A DNA stretch of 64,000 bases. Source: Candidatus Saccharibacteria bacterium CPR2 (lineage in GTDB: Bacteria; Patescibacteriota; Saccharimonadia; Saccharimonadales; QWHN01). The first letter of the stretch is position 1, and every line of letters starts with the position of its first letter. The position numbers were made by a program, and so were the translations under genes. The DNA lies in contig QWHN01000005.1 of the NCBI GenBank assembly GCA_021404905.1, positions 16,102 through 80,101 on the forward strand, given 5' to 3'. The notes below the pieces were generated by a model, which was not told the origin of the DNA, ran no database searches, and was given only the letters and a program-made list of their open reading frames with translations. This document shows positions 1 to 10,070 of this stretch, piece by piece.

Positions 1-36
1 GGTAAATATATATTTTGTGTAAGGGGAAAATCAGTA

Positions 37-2661
37 GTGAAAAAAGTTCTAGCTAAAATATTCGGTGACTTGCAAAGTAAAACTATAAAAAGATTGCGCA
101 AAAAAGTTGAACAAATTAACCATTTAAGCGAAAAATACTCTAAGTTCAGCGATGACGAATTAAAGGAAGAAATATCAAAATTAAAAGAAGCGATTCAGAG
201 CAAGAAAAAAACACTTGATGATTGCTTGGTAGATGTTTTCGCAATAGTAAGGGAAGCTGGAGAAAGGTCAACAGGTTTAAGGCCATTTGACGTTCAGTTG
301 ATTGGCGGCATGGTTCTTCATGAAGGCAATGTTGCTGAAATGAGAACTGGAGAAGGTAAAACGCTGGTTGCGACATTACCTGTTACCCTAAATGCTTTGG
401 AAAACAAAGGTGTTCATGTTGTTACGGTCAATGACTATCTTGCTCAGCGCGATGCCGGATGGATGGGTGGAATTTATAATATGCTGGGTTTAAGTGTCGG
501 CGTGATTATACCGGACGCGTCATTTATATACGACGTTGAATATCGCAATGAGGATCATGATGATGAGAGGTTTTTGCATTTAAGACCGTGTTCACGCCAG
601 GAAGCATATCAGGCAGATATTACCTATGGCACAAATAATGAATTTGGCTTTGATTATTTAAGAGACAATATGGTACGCGATGTCTCGCAGCTCAGGCAAA
701 GAAGCTTGAATTTTGCAATTGTCGACGAGGTTGATTCAATTCTTATCGATGAAGCACGAACACCTTTAATTATTTCCGCGCCAGCCATGAATAGCGGCAG
801 TAAATATGCTCAATTTGCTCAAATTGCCAGGAAACTTACGGAGGAAGATTATGAACTAGACGAGAAACGGCGAGCAGTCAGCATTAACGACGATGGAATT
901 GCCAAAGTTCAAAAAATGCTCAATGTTGATAATTTATATGCTCCTGAAAATGTTCAACTAATCTATCATTTAGATCAGGCTTTAAGAGCGCAAACTCTGT
1001 TTAAAAGGGACAGAGACTATATAGTTTCTGATGATGGCGAGGTAATAATTGTCGATGAATTTACCGGTAGGTTAATGCATGGCCGAAGATACAATGAAGG
1101 GCTTCATCAGGCAATCGAAGCAAAAGAGGGAGTTGAGGTTTTGCAGGAATCTATGACGCTTGCGACAATCAGCTTTCAAAACTATTTTCGTCTTTATAAA
1201 AAACTTGCTGGAATGACTGGAACCGCTAAAACCGAGGAAGAGGAATTTCACCAAATATATAAACTTGATGTTATTGAGATCCCAACAAACAAGTCTAGCG
1301 TCAGAACAGACAAGCCCGATAGGATTTATAAAAACGAAAAAGGAAAATTCAGCGCGCTGGTTAAAGATGTGAAAGCTCTGCATGAAAAAGGGCAGCCGGT
1401 TTTGATCGGTACAGTCTCGATTGAAAAAAACGAAAAATTATCATATCTCTTGAGAAAATCAGGCATACCGCATCAGGTTTTAAACGCAAAGAACAATGAA
1501 GGCGAAGCAGCGATAATCGCCAAAGCAGGTCGGATAGGTGCTGTAACTCTAGCGACCAATATTGCCGGGCGTGGAACAGACATTGTGCTGGAAGAAGGAG
1601 TTACGAAACTGGGCGGACTTATGGTACTTGGTTCGGAGAGGCACGAGTCGAGAAGAATAGATAATCAGCTAAGAGGTAGATGCGGCCGACAGGGTGACCC
1701 AGGCGTAACTCAGTTTTATGTTTCCGCTGAGGATGAGTTAATGCGTATATTCGGCGGAGAAAGAGTTGCTTCATTAATGGAAAGGCTGGGAGTTGATGAC
1801 GAGACTCCAATAGAAAACAGGGCTGTCAGTAAAGCGCTAGAGAATGCACAGAAGAAAGTCGAGAGCTTTAACTTTGACAGCCGAAAGCACGTGGTCCAAT
1901 TTGACGATGTAATGAACCGCCACCGCAAGGCAATATATACACTAAGAAGAACTGTTCTTGAGAACAAAGAAATCGAGACAAATATAAAAGAGATGATTAA
2001 CGGAGAGATTGAATCTCTAAGCGTCGACCAAACACAATCAGAACAAGAATTCATTACCCAAATAAATTCTGTGTTTCCACTTGAAGAAAAGTACGCCAGA
2101 AAGTTAAGAAAAGCACAACCAGCAAAAAGAGCTAACGAACTCGAAAAAGTCGTGGCTGAAATGTATAAAGATAAAAAAGAGATTTTTTCATCAGAAATTT
2201 TCCATGCCATAGAAAGAGAAATTTATTTGCAGGTTCTTGATACTCATTGGATGGGGCATCTTGAAAATATGGATCATTTGAGAGAAGGAATCAACTTGAG
2301 GTCAATTGGGCAAAAGGATCCTTTGGTTGAATATAGACGTGAAGGTCAAAGAATGTTTGAGATAATGCAGGCAAATATTAGGAATGAGGCTGTAAAGCTA
2401 TTATTTCACGCTGTGCCAAGAGTTGAAGAACCTGTTGAGGGTCCGATTGAGACTGAACTAACCAAAGCAGCCCGTCACTCTACAGAATTGGGCGCAGGTA
2501 AAGCGACGAGCGGGGTTAAGGAATTAACTAAAAAAGACCAAACAACCCGATTACCAGAAGATAATAAAGATAATATTGAACAAAAGAAAAAATCCGGTAA
2601 AAAGCAACAGCTTAGAAAAAAACGAAAACAGCAACGTCAGAATAGAAAAAAGAGAAAGTAA
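37..2661 (+). CDS. secA: Preprotein translocase ATPase SecA
   Basis: 874-aa ORF with GTG start. SecA motor motifs MRTGEGKTLVATLP (Walker A), DEVDSILIDEARTPLIIS (Walker B) and TNIAGRGTDI. The C-terminus is a Lys/Arg-rich tail. Confidence 0.95.
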   Translation: MKKVLAKIFGDLQSKTIKRLRKKVEQINHLSEKYSKFSDDELKEEISKLKEAIQSKKKTLDDCLVDVFAIVREAGERSTGLRPFDVQLIGGMVLHEGNVAEMRTGEGKTLVATLPVTLNALENKGVHVVTVNDYLAQRDAGWMGGIYNMLGLSVGVIIPDASFIYDVEYRNEDHDDERFLHLRPCSRQEAYQADITYGTNNEFGFDYLRDNMVRDVSQLRQRSLNFAIVDEVDSILIDEARTPLIISAPAMNSGSKYAQFAQIARKLTEEDYELDEKRRAVSINDDGIAKVQKMLNVDNLYAPENVQLIYHLDQALRAQTLFKRDRDYIVSDDGEVIIVDEFTGRLMHGRRYNEGLHQAIEAKEGVEVLQESMTLATISFQNYFRLYKKLAGMTGTAKTEEEEFHQIYKLDVIEIPTNKSSVRTDKPDRIYKNEKGKFSALVKDVKALHEKGQPVLIGTVSIEKNEKLSYLLRKSGIPHQVLNAKNNEGEAAIIAKAGRIGAVTLATNIAGRGTDIVLEEGVTKLGGLMVLGSERHESRRIDNQLRGRCGRQGDPGVTQFYVSAEDELMRIFGGERVASLMERLGVDDETPIENRAVSKALENAQKKVESFNFDSRKHVVQFDDVMNRHRKAIYTLRRTVLENKEIETNIKEMINGEIESLSVDQTQSEQEFITQINSVFPLEEKYARKLRKAQPAKRANELEKVVAEMYKDKKEIFSSEIFHAIEREIYLQVLDTHWMGHLENMDHLREGINLRSIGQKDPLVEYRREGQRMFEIMQANIRNEAVKLLFHAVPRVEEPVEGPIETELTKAARHSTELGAGKATSGVKELTKKDQTTRLPEDNKDNIEQKKKSGKKQQLRKKRKQQRQNRKKRK

Positions 2662-2679
2662 CCTGGCAGGAATAACATA

Positions 2680-3963
2680 GTGAAGCACACAGTTAATGAA
2701 CTAAAATTAGTAAACGGGACCAGAGGTTTATTGATTAACGTGCCAGATGCTTCGGTAATGTCGTTTGATTTTCAGTTTCGAGCCGGATATTATCTCGTCC
2801 CGAAAGTGAAATGGGAAGCGCCGCACATTATGGAACACATGATGTTTGGGGCTAATGCGCGCTACGAAAAGGCACGGACATTCCAGGCAGAATTTGAAAA
2901 AAACGGCGCTTATGCTAATGCGTCTACGAGTACATATTCTGTTCATTATTTAGCAGAATGCGCCGATTTTGAATGGGATAGGATACTAGAGTTAATTGGT
3001 CTTGCTCTTGGTACGCCAAAGTTTGTTGAACACGAATTTAAATCTGAATATGGCAACGTAAAAGATGAACTTGCCGGATATCTTACTAATTATTTCAGAG
3101 AGCTTAACCTCAAGCTTCAAAAACAAATGGGATTGCTTATTGAAACAGATCAGGAAAGACTGCAATTAATGAGTTCCGTAAAGCCTCTCGACATCAGAAG
3201 CCATTATAAAACTACACATTTTAGTGACAATATGAGGTTTGTAATCGCTGGCCAGGTTAAAAAAAGAGAAAACGAAATTAAAAAAGTAGTAGAAGATAGT
3301 TTCAAACTTAAGCGGGGCGAGCGCAAGGAATTGCCATTTGAAACACCAGTTTGTCTAGAAAAAGTGTTTTATATTCCTAACAAAACTGTCGACAGCATAC
3401 ATTTTATCCTTGAGATAATGACACCCAAGAGGCTTGGTATCGAGCAAAGAGACGCTCTTCATCTATTGAATACTATGCTAACGGCGACTCTGCACTCTTT
3501 GATTTTAGGTGAAGCACGAGAGAGAGGATTAGTCTATAATATGGGCTCAAATTATTCGCTGGCTAATAATTTTAGTAGCTGGTGGTTTGGCGGCAAAGTC
3601 ATGAAACAAAATAGCGAAGCACTCTTTAATATTATGATTAAGGAATTACAAAAAGTTTTGCGTGGAGAGATCAAAAATAGCGACATTGAGGCAGCGAAAC
3701 AATATTCGCTTGGGAGGTTTCAACGCGGCACCCAGACGGTAGGTGCTTTAGCGGGCAGTTATAGTGGCGAATACTTTTTTAATGAAACAATAGAAGATTA
3801 TTTTAAAATTCCGGAGCGAATAAAATCTGTAACTAAAGCATCAATCATCAGTGTTGCCAGGGAAATATTTGCACAAAATATTTGGGGGCTAGGAATTTTG
3901 GGAAATTGCGGGCAGACTCACGTAGAAAAACTGCATAAAGAGATAAGCGTACTTTGGAAATAG
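2680..3963 (+). CDS. M16 family (pitrilysin/insulinase-like) zinc peptidase
   Basis: 427-aa ORF with GTG start. Inverted zinc motif HxxEH is present as HIMEH near the N-terminus. Two-lobed length is typical of M16. Confidence 0.75.
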   Translation: MKHTVNELKLVNGTRGLLINVPDASVMSFDFQFRAGYYLVPKVKWEAPHIMEHMMFGANARYEKARTFQAEFEKNGAYANASTSTYSVHYLAECADFEWDRILELIGLALGTPKFVEHEFKSEYGNVKDELAGYLTNYFRELNLKLQKQMGLLIETDQERLQLMSSVKPLDIRSHYKTTHFSDNMRFVIAGQVKKRENEIKKVVEDSFKLKRGERKELPFETPVCLEKVFYIPNKTVDSIHFILEIMTPKRLGIEQRDALHLLNTMLTATLHSLILGEARERGLVYNMGSNYSLANNFSSWWFGGKVMKQNSEALFNIMIKELQKVLRGEIKNSDIEAAKQYSLGRFQRGTQTVGALAGSYSGEYFFNETIEDYFKIPERIKSVTKASIISVAREIFAQNIWGLGILGNCGQTHVEKLHKEISVLWK

Positions 3964-3966
3964 ATT

Positions 3967-5265
3967 ATGTGGAATGATAAACATGTAGCTATAGCGGGGT
4001 TTGGGATCGAAGGCCAGTCTGTTTTAAAATTCCTCCGGCGAAGCGGTGTGAAAAAAGTAACCATACTTGATGAGTCTGGCAAAGTTAATATAACAGGAAT
4101 AAGCGACGTCGATACTATTACTGGTCAAAATGCTTTTAGTAATTTATCTGAATTTGATGTTGTATTCCGTTCACCGAGCATCAATCCGCGAAGATTGGAC
4201 CATAAAAACGTCACTTCTTCTACTCAAGTTTTTTTTCAGTATGCCAACGCTAAAATAATTGGTGTAACCGGCAGTAAGGGTAAGGGGACTACGGCAACTT
4301 TGATCTATGAAATACTAAAAGCAAGCAGCATCACCGCACATTTGATTGGCAACATTGGTATACCCGCGCTTGATGTTTTGCAGGACATTAACCAGCAGGA
4401 TGTGGTTGTATTTGAGCTATCCAGCTTCCAACTATGGGATCTTGAAAACAGCCCGGAGATTGCTGTTGTATTGATGGTAGAGCCGGAACATTTGGATATC
4501 CATGACAACTTAGATGATTATATAGCTGCGAAATCAAATATAACGGCTCATCAAAGAAATGAAGATTTTGTGACTTATCATCCAGGCAATAAATATAGTC
4601 AAGAAATTGCCTTAAAAAGTTCTGGCAGGAAAGTTAAATACCTTACACCCCAAGGAGCATATGTCGAAAACGGCGTAATTAAAATAGATCAACAAGAAAT
4701 TTTGAATGTAAATCAGCTAAGACTAATAGGAACTCATAACTTGGAAAATATTTGTGCGGCAGTTACGGCTTCATGGCAAATTACAAAAGATATTAATGCC
4801 ATAAGAAAAGTGCTATCTAACTTTTCCGGCCTAAAACACAGGCTGGAATATATTGCCAGCACCGATGGCGTGAAGTATTACAATGATTCGATCGGCACAA
4901 CGCCGACCTCTGCCATTGCGGCCATAAGTGCTTTTAGCGCGCCAGTCATAGCAATAATGGGTGGTTCTAGCAAAGGCCATGATTATAGTCTGATGGCAGA
5001 AAAAATGGCTCACCTCAATAATTTAAAAAGAGTGATTTTGATCGGCCAAACGGCAGATAGTATTGCCAGGAATTTAAGAAAATCTGGTTTTGATCAAGGC
5101 AAAATTAGCCGAGTTGACTCTTTACAAGAGGCAGTTAACTTAGCGCGAGACTGCGCGGATAGCGGAGAGATTGTGGTACTGGCGCCAGCAGCAGCGAGTT
5201 TCGATATGTTTAAAAATTACCAAGATAGAGGAGAACAATTTATAAAGGCTGTACAAAATTTATGA
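3967..5265 (+). CDS. murD: UDP-N-acetylmuramoylalanine--D-glutamate ligase
   Basis: 432 aa. N-terminal Rossmann-like VAIAGFGIEGQS and Mur-ligase P-loop GVTGSKGKGTT. Length and layout are typical of MurD. Confidence 0.85.
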   Translation: MWNDKHVAIAGFGIEGQSVLKFLRRSGVKKVTILDESGKVNITGISDVDTITGQNAFSNLSEFDVVFRSPSINPRRLDHKNVTSSTQVFFQYANAKIIGVTGSKGKGTTATLIYEILKASSITAHLIGNIGIPALDVLQDINQQDVVVFELSSFQLWDLENSPEIAVVLMVEPEHLDIHDNLDDYIAAKSNITAHQRNEDFVTYHPGNKYSQEIALKSSGRKVKYLTPQGAYVENGVIKIDQQEILNVNQLRLIGTHNLENICAAVTASWQITKDINAIRKVLSNFSGLKHRLEYIASTDGVKYYNDSIGTTPTSAIAAISAFSAPVIAIMGGSSKGHDYSLMAEKMAHLNNLKRVILIGQTADSIARNLRKSGFDQGKISRVDSLQEAVNLARDCADSGEIVVLAPAAASFDMFKNYQDRGEQFIKAVQNL

Positions 5266-6110
5266 ACGACGGAATTCATTATAAAGATGGGGATTGGCTT
5301 AGAGCAAAGGATATGAATCTTTCGGTGTTTGATTTATCTGTAACCAGAGGAATTGCAGTTTTTGATTACCTTCGCACATACAACAAAAAACCATTTATGC
5401 TAAGGCAGCATTATCAAAGGCTAATAAACTCCGCCGGAGTTTTAAATATTGATATTGATTTTAAATTTGAAGAAATAACCTCAATTATTAATAAAGGCAT
5501 AAAGAAAAATAGCACCTACGACGAGTTTGGCATTAGGATGATTATTACTGCCGGCACTAGCCCGAAACAAGGTTCATTGTTGCCAGGTAAACCTGTGTTA
5601 ATAATACTTTTTGAGGAGTTTGAAGATCCGCCACAAGCTTGGTATGAGAATGGTTTAAGACTAAAAACTATTAATTCAGTTCGTATTTTGCCCAGCGCTA
5701 AAACGGCGGATTACAAGCTGGCATTTATTGGAATGAATAAAGCCAGGGAAAGCGGGATGGACGACGTCCTTTATGTAGATGAAAATAATTGCATTTTGGA
5801 ATCGTCAACCAGTAATATCTTCTGTGTTAAAAATAGTGTTTTGTTTACACCAAAGCTTGATGTGCTTGGCGGGATAACAAGAGGCTTGGTTATAGAAATT
5901 GCTAAGCAAATTAATGTTAAAGTTGAGGAAAATTGTATCAGCCTAGATAATGCTCTGGAGTCTGAGGAAATTTTTGCGACGGCAACCAACAAGGAAATTG
6001 TGCCAGTAGGCTATATTAATAATAGTAAAATAGGTGATCGTATGCCCGGTGGAATTACACAAAAATTACATAGTGAGCTAAAGAAATATATCGATAAAGT
6101 CTCTAGTTAG
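5262..6110 (+). CDS. Fold-type IV PLP aminotransferase (D-amino-acid / branched-chain aminotransferase family)
   Basis: 282 aa. Class IV aminotransferase pattern (SAKTADYKLAF, ESSTSNIFCVKNSVLFTP, GITRG). The start overlaps the murD stop (ATGA). Confidence 0.7.
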   Translation: MNDGIHYKDGDWLRAKDMNLSVFDLSVTRGIAVFDYLRTYNKKPFMLRQHYQRLINSAGVLNIDIDFKFEEITSIINKGIKKNSTYDEFGIRMIITAGTSPKQGSLLPGKPVLIILFEEFEDPPQAWYENGLRLKTINSVRILPSAKTADYKLAFIGMNKARESGMDDVLYVDENNCILESSTSNIFCVKNSVLFTPKLDVLGGITRGLVIEIAKQINVKVEENCISLDNALESEEIFATATNKEIVPVGYINNSKIGDRMPGGITQKLHSELKKYIDKVSS

Positions 6111-6121
6111 GTCATATAGTT

Positions 6122-7213
6122 ATGCTGGAAGAAATCAAAAAAAGAATAGATGCACTCATTGGAAAAATAGAAAGCGCTTGGGATAAACTGAATGTAAATC
6201 AAAAAATTGAGAATTCCGCGCAGATCTCTAATTTAATGCAAGAAAGTGATTTTTGGAATGACAGCGTAGAAGCTCAAAAAGTAGCTAAAAAACAAGCCCA
6301 AATCGAAAATCAAATCAAACCCTGGATAGAAATACGCGAAAAAATAAACGAAATAAGAGAATTGGCAAAGCTTAACGATTCCTCACTGGCTGTTGAGATA
6401 GAAGGTCAGGTTAAAATCCTGGAAGATGAATTTGAAAAACTTGAGTACAATCTTCTTCTGAGGGGCAAATACGACGAGAATGATGCCATAATTTCAATTC
6501 ATGCTGGTGCCGGTGGAACGGACGCCCAAGACTGGTCACAGATGCTGGAGCGTATGTATATTCGCTGGGCTGAAGCGCAGAAAAATGAGGTAAAAATAAT
6601 TGACGAGTCGCCAGGCGAAGAAGCGGGAATTAAGAGTGCAACAATGAGTATTTCCGGCCCGTATGCGTATGGAAAATTAAAAGGGGAGCGTGGGGTACAC
6701 CGTCTGGTACGCTTGAGTCCATTTAATGCCGATCATCTGAGGCAGACTTCATTTGCTTTAGTAGAAATATTGCCTCAAATCGAAGAACCAGACGAAGTTA
6801 AAATTGATGAAAAAGATTTAAAAATTGACGTATTTAGAGCTGGCGGGCACGGTGGTCAATCAGTTAATACGACGGATTCAGCAGTTCGCATCACACACAT
6901 ACCAACTAGCATCAACGTATCAATACAAAACGAGCGTTCCCAACTTCAAAACAAAGAAACCGCTCTTAAAGTATTGCGTTCCAAATTAGCTCAACTTGCT
7001 GAAGAACAGCACAAAGAAACGATTGCCGAGCTCAAAGGCCCAACAAAAGAAGCTGCGTGGGGCAACCAGATACGAAACTACGTTATGCATCCCTATACTT
7101 TAGTGAAAGACACACGCATAAAATACGAGGAAAAAGACGTACAAAAAGTACTTGACGGAAAAATCGACGGCTTTATCGAGGCTTTCTTAAGAGCACAGAT
7201 AGGCAAAGATTAA
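6122..7213 (+). CDS. prfB: Peptide chain release factor 2
   Basis: 363 aa. SPF tripeptide (LSPFNAD) specific to RF2 and GGQ motif (RAGGHGGQSVNTTDSAVRITHIPT). Single uninterrupted frame. Confidence 0.9.
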   Translation: MLEEIKKRIDALIGKIESAWDKLNVNQKIENSAQISNLMQESDFWNDSVEAQKVAKKQAQIENQIKPWIEIREKINEIRELAKLNDSSLAVEIEGQVKILEDEFEKLEYNLLLRGKYDENDAIISIHAGAGGTDAQDWSQMLERMYIRWAEAQKNEVKIIDESPGEEAGIKSATMSISGPYAYGKLKGERGVHRLVRLSPFNADHLRQTSFALVEILPQIEEPDEVKIDEKDLKIDVFRAGGHGGQSVNTTDSAVRITHIPTSINVSIQNERSQLQNKETALKVLRSKLAQLAEEQHKETIAELKGPTKEAAWGNQIRNYVMHPYTLVKDTRIKYEEKDVQKVLDGKIDGFIEAFLRAQIGKD

Positions 7214-7251
7214 CATTATATCTAAACTAGTTATGTTAAAATAGTCTGCGT

Positions 7252-7935
7252 ATGATATTGCTTGATAGGGTTACTAAAAAGTACTCGAAGAAATCCCCGG
7301 ATGCGTTAACGAGTGTTAGCCTTCATGTAGAGCCAAAAGAGTTTGTTATAGTGGTAGGAACCAGCGGGGCAGGGAAATCTACTCTAATGAAACTATTAAC
7401 GAGAGAAGAAAAACCCACTTCAGGAAAAATAATAGTTGGCGGGATCGACTATGACCGACTCAAGGATCGCGACATTCCGCGTCTGCGACGTAAAATTGGC
7501 GTGGTCTTTCAAGATTTCAAATTATTGCCAAACAGAACTGTTTTTGAAAATGTTGCTTTTGCCCTTGAAATTGTGGGAATGAGCAAAGCCGAAATAAACC
7601 ATACGGTTCCCAAAGTACTTGATTTAGTGGGGTTAAAAGGAAAAGAAAAGCAATTTCCTGATGAACTTTCTGGCGGTGAAAGACAAAGAGTTGCTATTGC
7701 CCGGGCAGTTGTGCGCCAGCCAAAAATACTTATTGCCGACGAACCAACGGGCAATCTTGACCCAAAGCACGCTTGGGATATTGTGAACTTACTTCTAAAA
7801 ATAAATCGTTACGGAACAACGGTGTTGCTCACCACTCACAACCAGGAAATTGTCAATAAATTAAAACGCCGCGTTATTACCATCAAGGACGGAACTATTG
7901 TACAGGATCGTGCAAAGGGCGGGTATAAAGAATGA
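7252..7935 (+). CDS. ftsE: Cell division ABC ATPase FtsE
   Basis: 227 aa. Walker A GTSGAGKST, ABC signature LSGGERQR, Walker B ILIADEPTGNLD. Immediately followed by ftsX. Confidence 0.9.
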   Translation: MILLDRVTKKYSKKSPDALTSVSLHVEPKEFVIVVGTSGAGKSTLMKLLTREEKPTSGKIIVGGIDYDRLKDRDIPRLRRKIGVVFQDFKLLPNRTVFENVAFALEIVGMSKAEINHTVPKVLDLVGLKGKEKQFPDELSGGERQRVAIARAVVRQPKILIADEPTGNLDPKHAWDIVNLLLKINRYGTTVLLTTHNQEIVNKLKRRVITIKDGTIVQDRAKGGYKE

Positions 7936-8864
7936 AACACAAATTTATATCTTTAATGCGAATTTTACACGCAGGGGCGCGAAATTTTATACGTAATGCT
8001 TGGCTTTCTACCGCAGCGACGGCTGTTATGGTAGTAACTCTGACAGTTTTGCTCGGAGCAATTGCGATCAACATGGCCCTCAATGACACAATTGATGACA
8101 TTGCTTCGAATATAACCCTCTCAGTTTATCTTAAAGATAACACCGATTCATCAAGCCGCGATAAACTGCAAGAAAAGTTAGAGGGGGACGCAAATGTCAA
8201 AGGAGTTGAATATGTTTCCAAACAGCGAGCTCTTGATTTGTTTCGCGAATGGAATAAAGATAATCCCGAACTGCTTGAAGGTTTGTCTATAACGGATAAT
8301 GCCTTGCCGGCGTCTTTAGAGGTTAAAGTTCATGACTTATCAAGAATTGAAAACGTGGGCACAATTGCTAAAAGTGATGAATTTTCAGATATTGTCGAAA
8401 GTACGAGCATCGAAAAAGAACGGCATCAAAAATCAATTGACACTTTTGCCGGCGCACAGAATTTTATTACAATCTCAAGTCTTATAACCGCTGGAGTTTT
8501 CGCGGCGATCTCAGTATTAATAATATTTAACACGATTCGTATGGCAGTATTTACTCGTTCTCAAGAAATCGAAATCATGAAATTAATTGGTGCTACGCCC
8601 GGTTATATTCGCGGGCCGTTTCTGTTTGAATCATCTCTTTATGGCGCTATTGCCGGGATTTTAAGTTTTGTGGCGGTTTACAGCGCATTGCTCGCCCTTG
8701 GCCCCAAAGCCGATTCACAAAAACTATTATTTGGCCCAACGGTAAGTTTCTTTGCTCATAACTGGCTCTTAGTACTGCTCGGGACGGTGTCTGCGGGTGT
8801 AATTGTCGGATATATTTCCAGCTCTTTGGCGCTATTTAGGTATTTGCGCCTTAAGAAGTGGTAG
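7932..8864 (+). CDS. ftsX: Cell division permease-like protein FtsX
   Basis: 310 aa. N-terminal TM, a large extracytoplasmic loop, then three C-terminal TM helices. 4-nt overlap with ftsE. Confidence 0.85.
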   Translation: MKHKFISLMRILHAGARNFIRNAWLSTAATAVMVVTLTVLLGAIAINMALNDTIDDIASNITLSVYLKDNTDSSSRDKLQEKLEGDANVKGVEYVSKQRALDLFREWNKDNPELLEGLSITDNALPASLEVKVHDLSRIENVGTIAKSDEFSDIVESTSIEKERHQKSIDTFAGAQNFITISSLITAGVFAAISVLIIFNTIRMAVFTRSQEIEIMKLIGATPGYIRGPFLFESSLYGAIAGILSFVAVYSALLALGPKADSQKLLFGPTVSFFAHNWLLVLLGTVSAGVIVGYISSSLALFRYLRLKKW

Positions 8865-8902
8865 CCTCTGTTGACTAGCTTAAGCGCATAGGAGTATATT
8901 AG

Positions 8903-10042
8903 ATGTTGGTAATGTCTAATTTTATAAAACAAAAATACTGTAAATTTTTACTATTGTCTCTGGCCGTCGTGATCAGCCTGGTATTTAGCGTCGTGCCTTT
9001 CTTAAGTGTGAGAGCTGTAACCATTGATGAGCTCAATGCTCAGGCTCGTGAAATAGAAAATAAGATTAAGGTGAACGAAGAACACCTTGGTGTCTTGGCC
9101 GAAAGAGCAAGCACCCTGGAAGAAAAACTAAATCAATTAAGGGCACAAATAGCCGAGATTAATACCCAAATAGAAAATACAACCAACAAGATAAATGTTT
9201 TGGAGGAAGAGCTGGCAAAAACTGAGAAGGAGTTGAATCGTCAGAAAGATATTCTGAAAAATAACATCAGGACACTTTACAAGCAGGGCAATATATCAAC
9301 CGTGCAGTTGCTTGCCTCAACGGACAGTTACGCCGATTTTGTTAATGAGCAAGAATATCTTGAGAGGCTAAAACTTGGTGTACAGGAATCGGCAGATAAA
9401 GTTGCCAAACTAAAGAAAGAAATAGAAGCCAAAAAGACTGAGCAGGAAGAACTGCGAGAGCAGCAAAAAGCTCAGCGGGAATTAGCACAGCGCAACAAAG
9501 ACGAACAAGATACATTACTGGCACAAACAAGAGGAGAGGAAGTCGAATATAAACGAGTTACCGAAGAACTTCAAAATCAACAAGCCGCAGTCTATGCCCA
9601 AATTGTAGCCAGGAGCCGTGTTTTAACTGGTGTTGGTACAGGCAATTATCCTTGGGCAGATTATCGAGAAGGAAGCTGGACTCATGCTGGATCATGCACT
9701 TATGGAGACGATATAGATCCTTGGAAATATTGCTACAGACAATGCACTTCATTCGCTGCATGGAGATTATACGCGTCTGGCAGGCAGGCACCTGTGGGTT
9801 ATGGCAACGCTAATAATTGGGGGTATATTGCTGCTGCCAATGGGATCCCTACGGGCGGCACGCCCAAAGTAGGTGCCATAGCGGTTTGGGGCGGGGCTGA
9901 AGGACACGTTGCGTATGTTGAGGAGGTTTACGGAGATGGACAGGCAAGAATTAGCGAGTATAACGCCGTTCCGGCTTTGCAAGGACGATATTCTGAGAGG
10001 ATAATTTCTCCAGGTGATCCATACATTTATATTTATTTTTAG
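8903..10042 (+). CDS. Secreted coiled-coil + CHAP-domain peptidoglycan hydrolase (PcsB-like)
   Basis: 379 aa. Signal/anchor helix, about 200 aa of heptad-rich E/K/Q/L coiled coil, and a C-terminal CHAP domain with catalytic Cys (QCTSFAAWRL) and His (GHVAYVEEV). GGAG lies 8 nt upstream of the ATG. Confidence 0.75.
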   Translation: MLVMSNFIKQKYCKFLLLSLAVVISLVFSVVPFLSVRAVTIDELNAQAREIENKIKVNEEHLGVLAERASTLEEKLNQLRAQIAEINTQIENTTNKINVLEEELAKTEKELNRQKDILKNNIRTLYKQGNISTVQLLASTDSYADFVNEQEYLERLKLGVQESADKVAKLKKEIEAKKTEQEELREQQKAQRELAQRNKDEQDTLLAQTRGEEVEYKRVTEELQNQQAAVYAQIVARSRVLTGVGTGNYPWADYREGSWTHAGSCTYGDDIDPWKYCYRQCTSFAAWRLYASGRQAPVGYGNANNWGYIAAANGIPTGGTPKVGAIAVWGGAEGHVAYVEEVYGDGQARISEYNAVPALQGRYSERIISPGDPYIYIYF

Positions 10043-10070
10043 TTTAGAATAGTTTAGAGGAGAAATTTAT

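Noticed and set aside
6122-7213. Programmed +1 frameshift in prfB
   Set aside because: Many bacterial RF2 genes need a +1 frameshift at an early in-frame UGA. Here the full 363-aa RF2 is encoded in one uninterrupted frame, so no recoding site is present.
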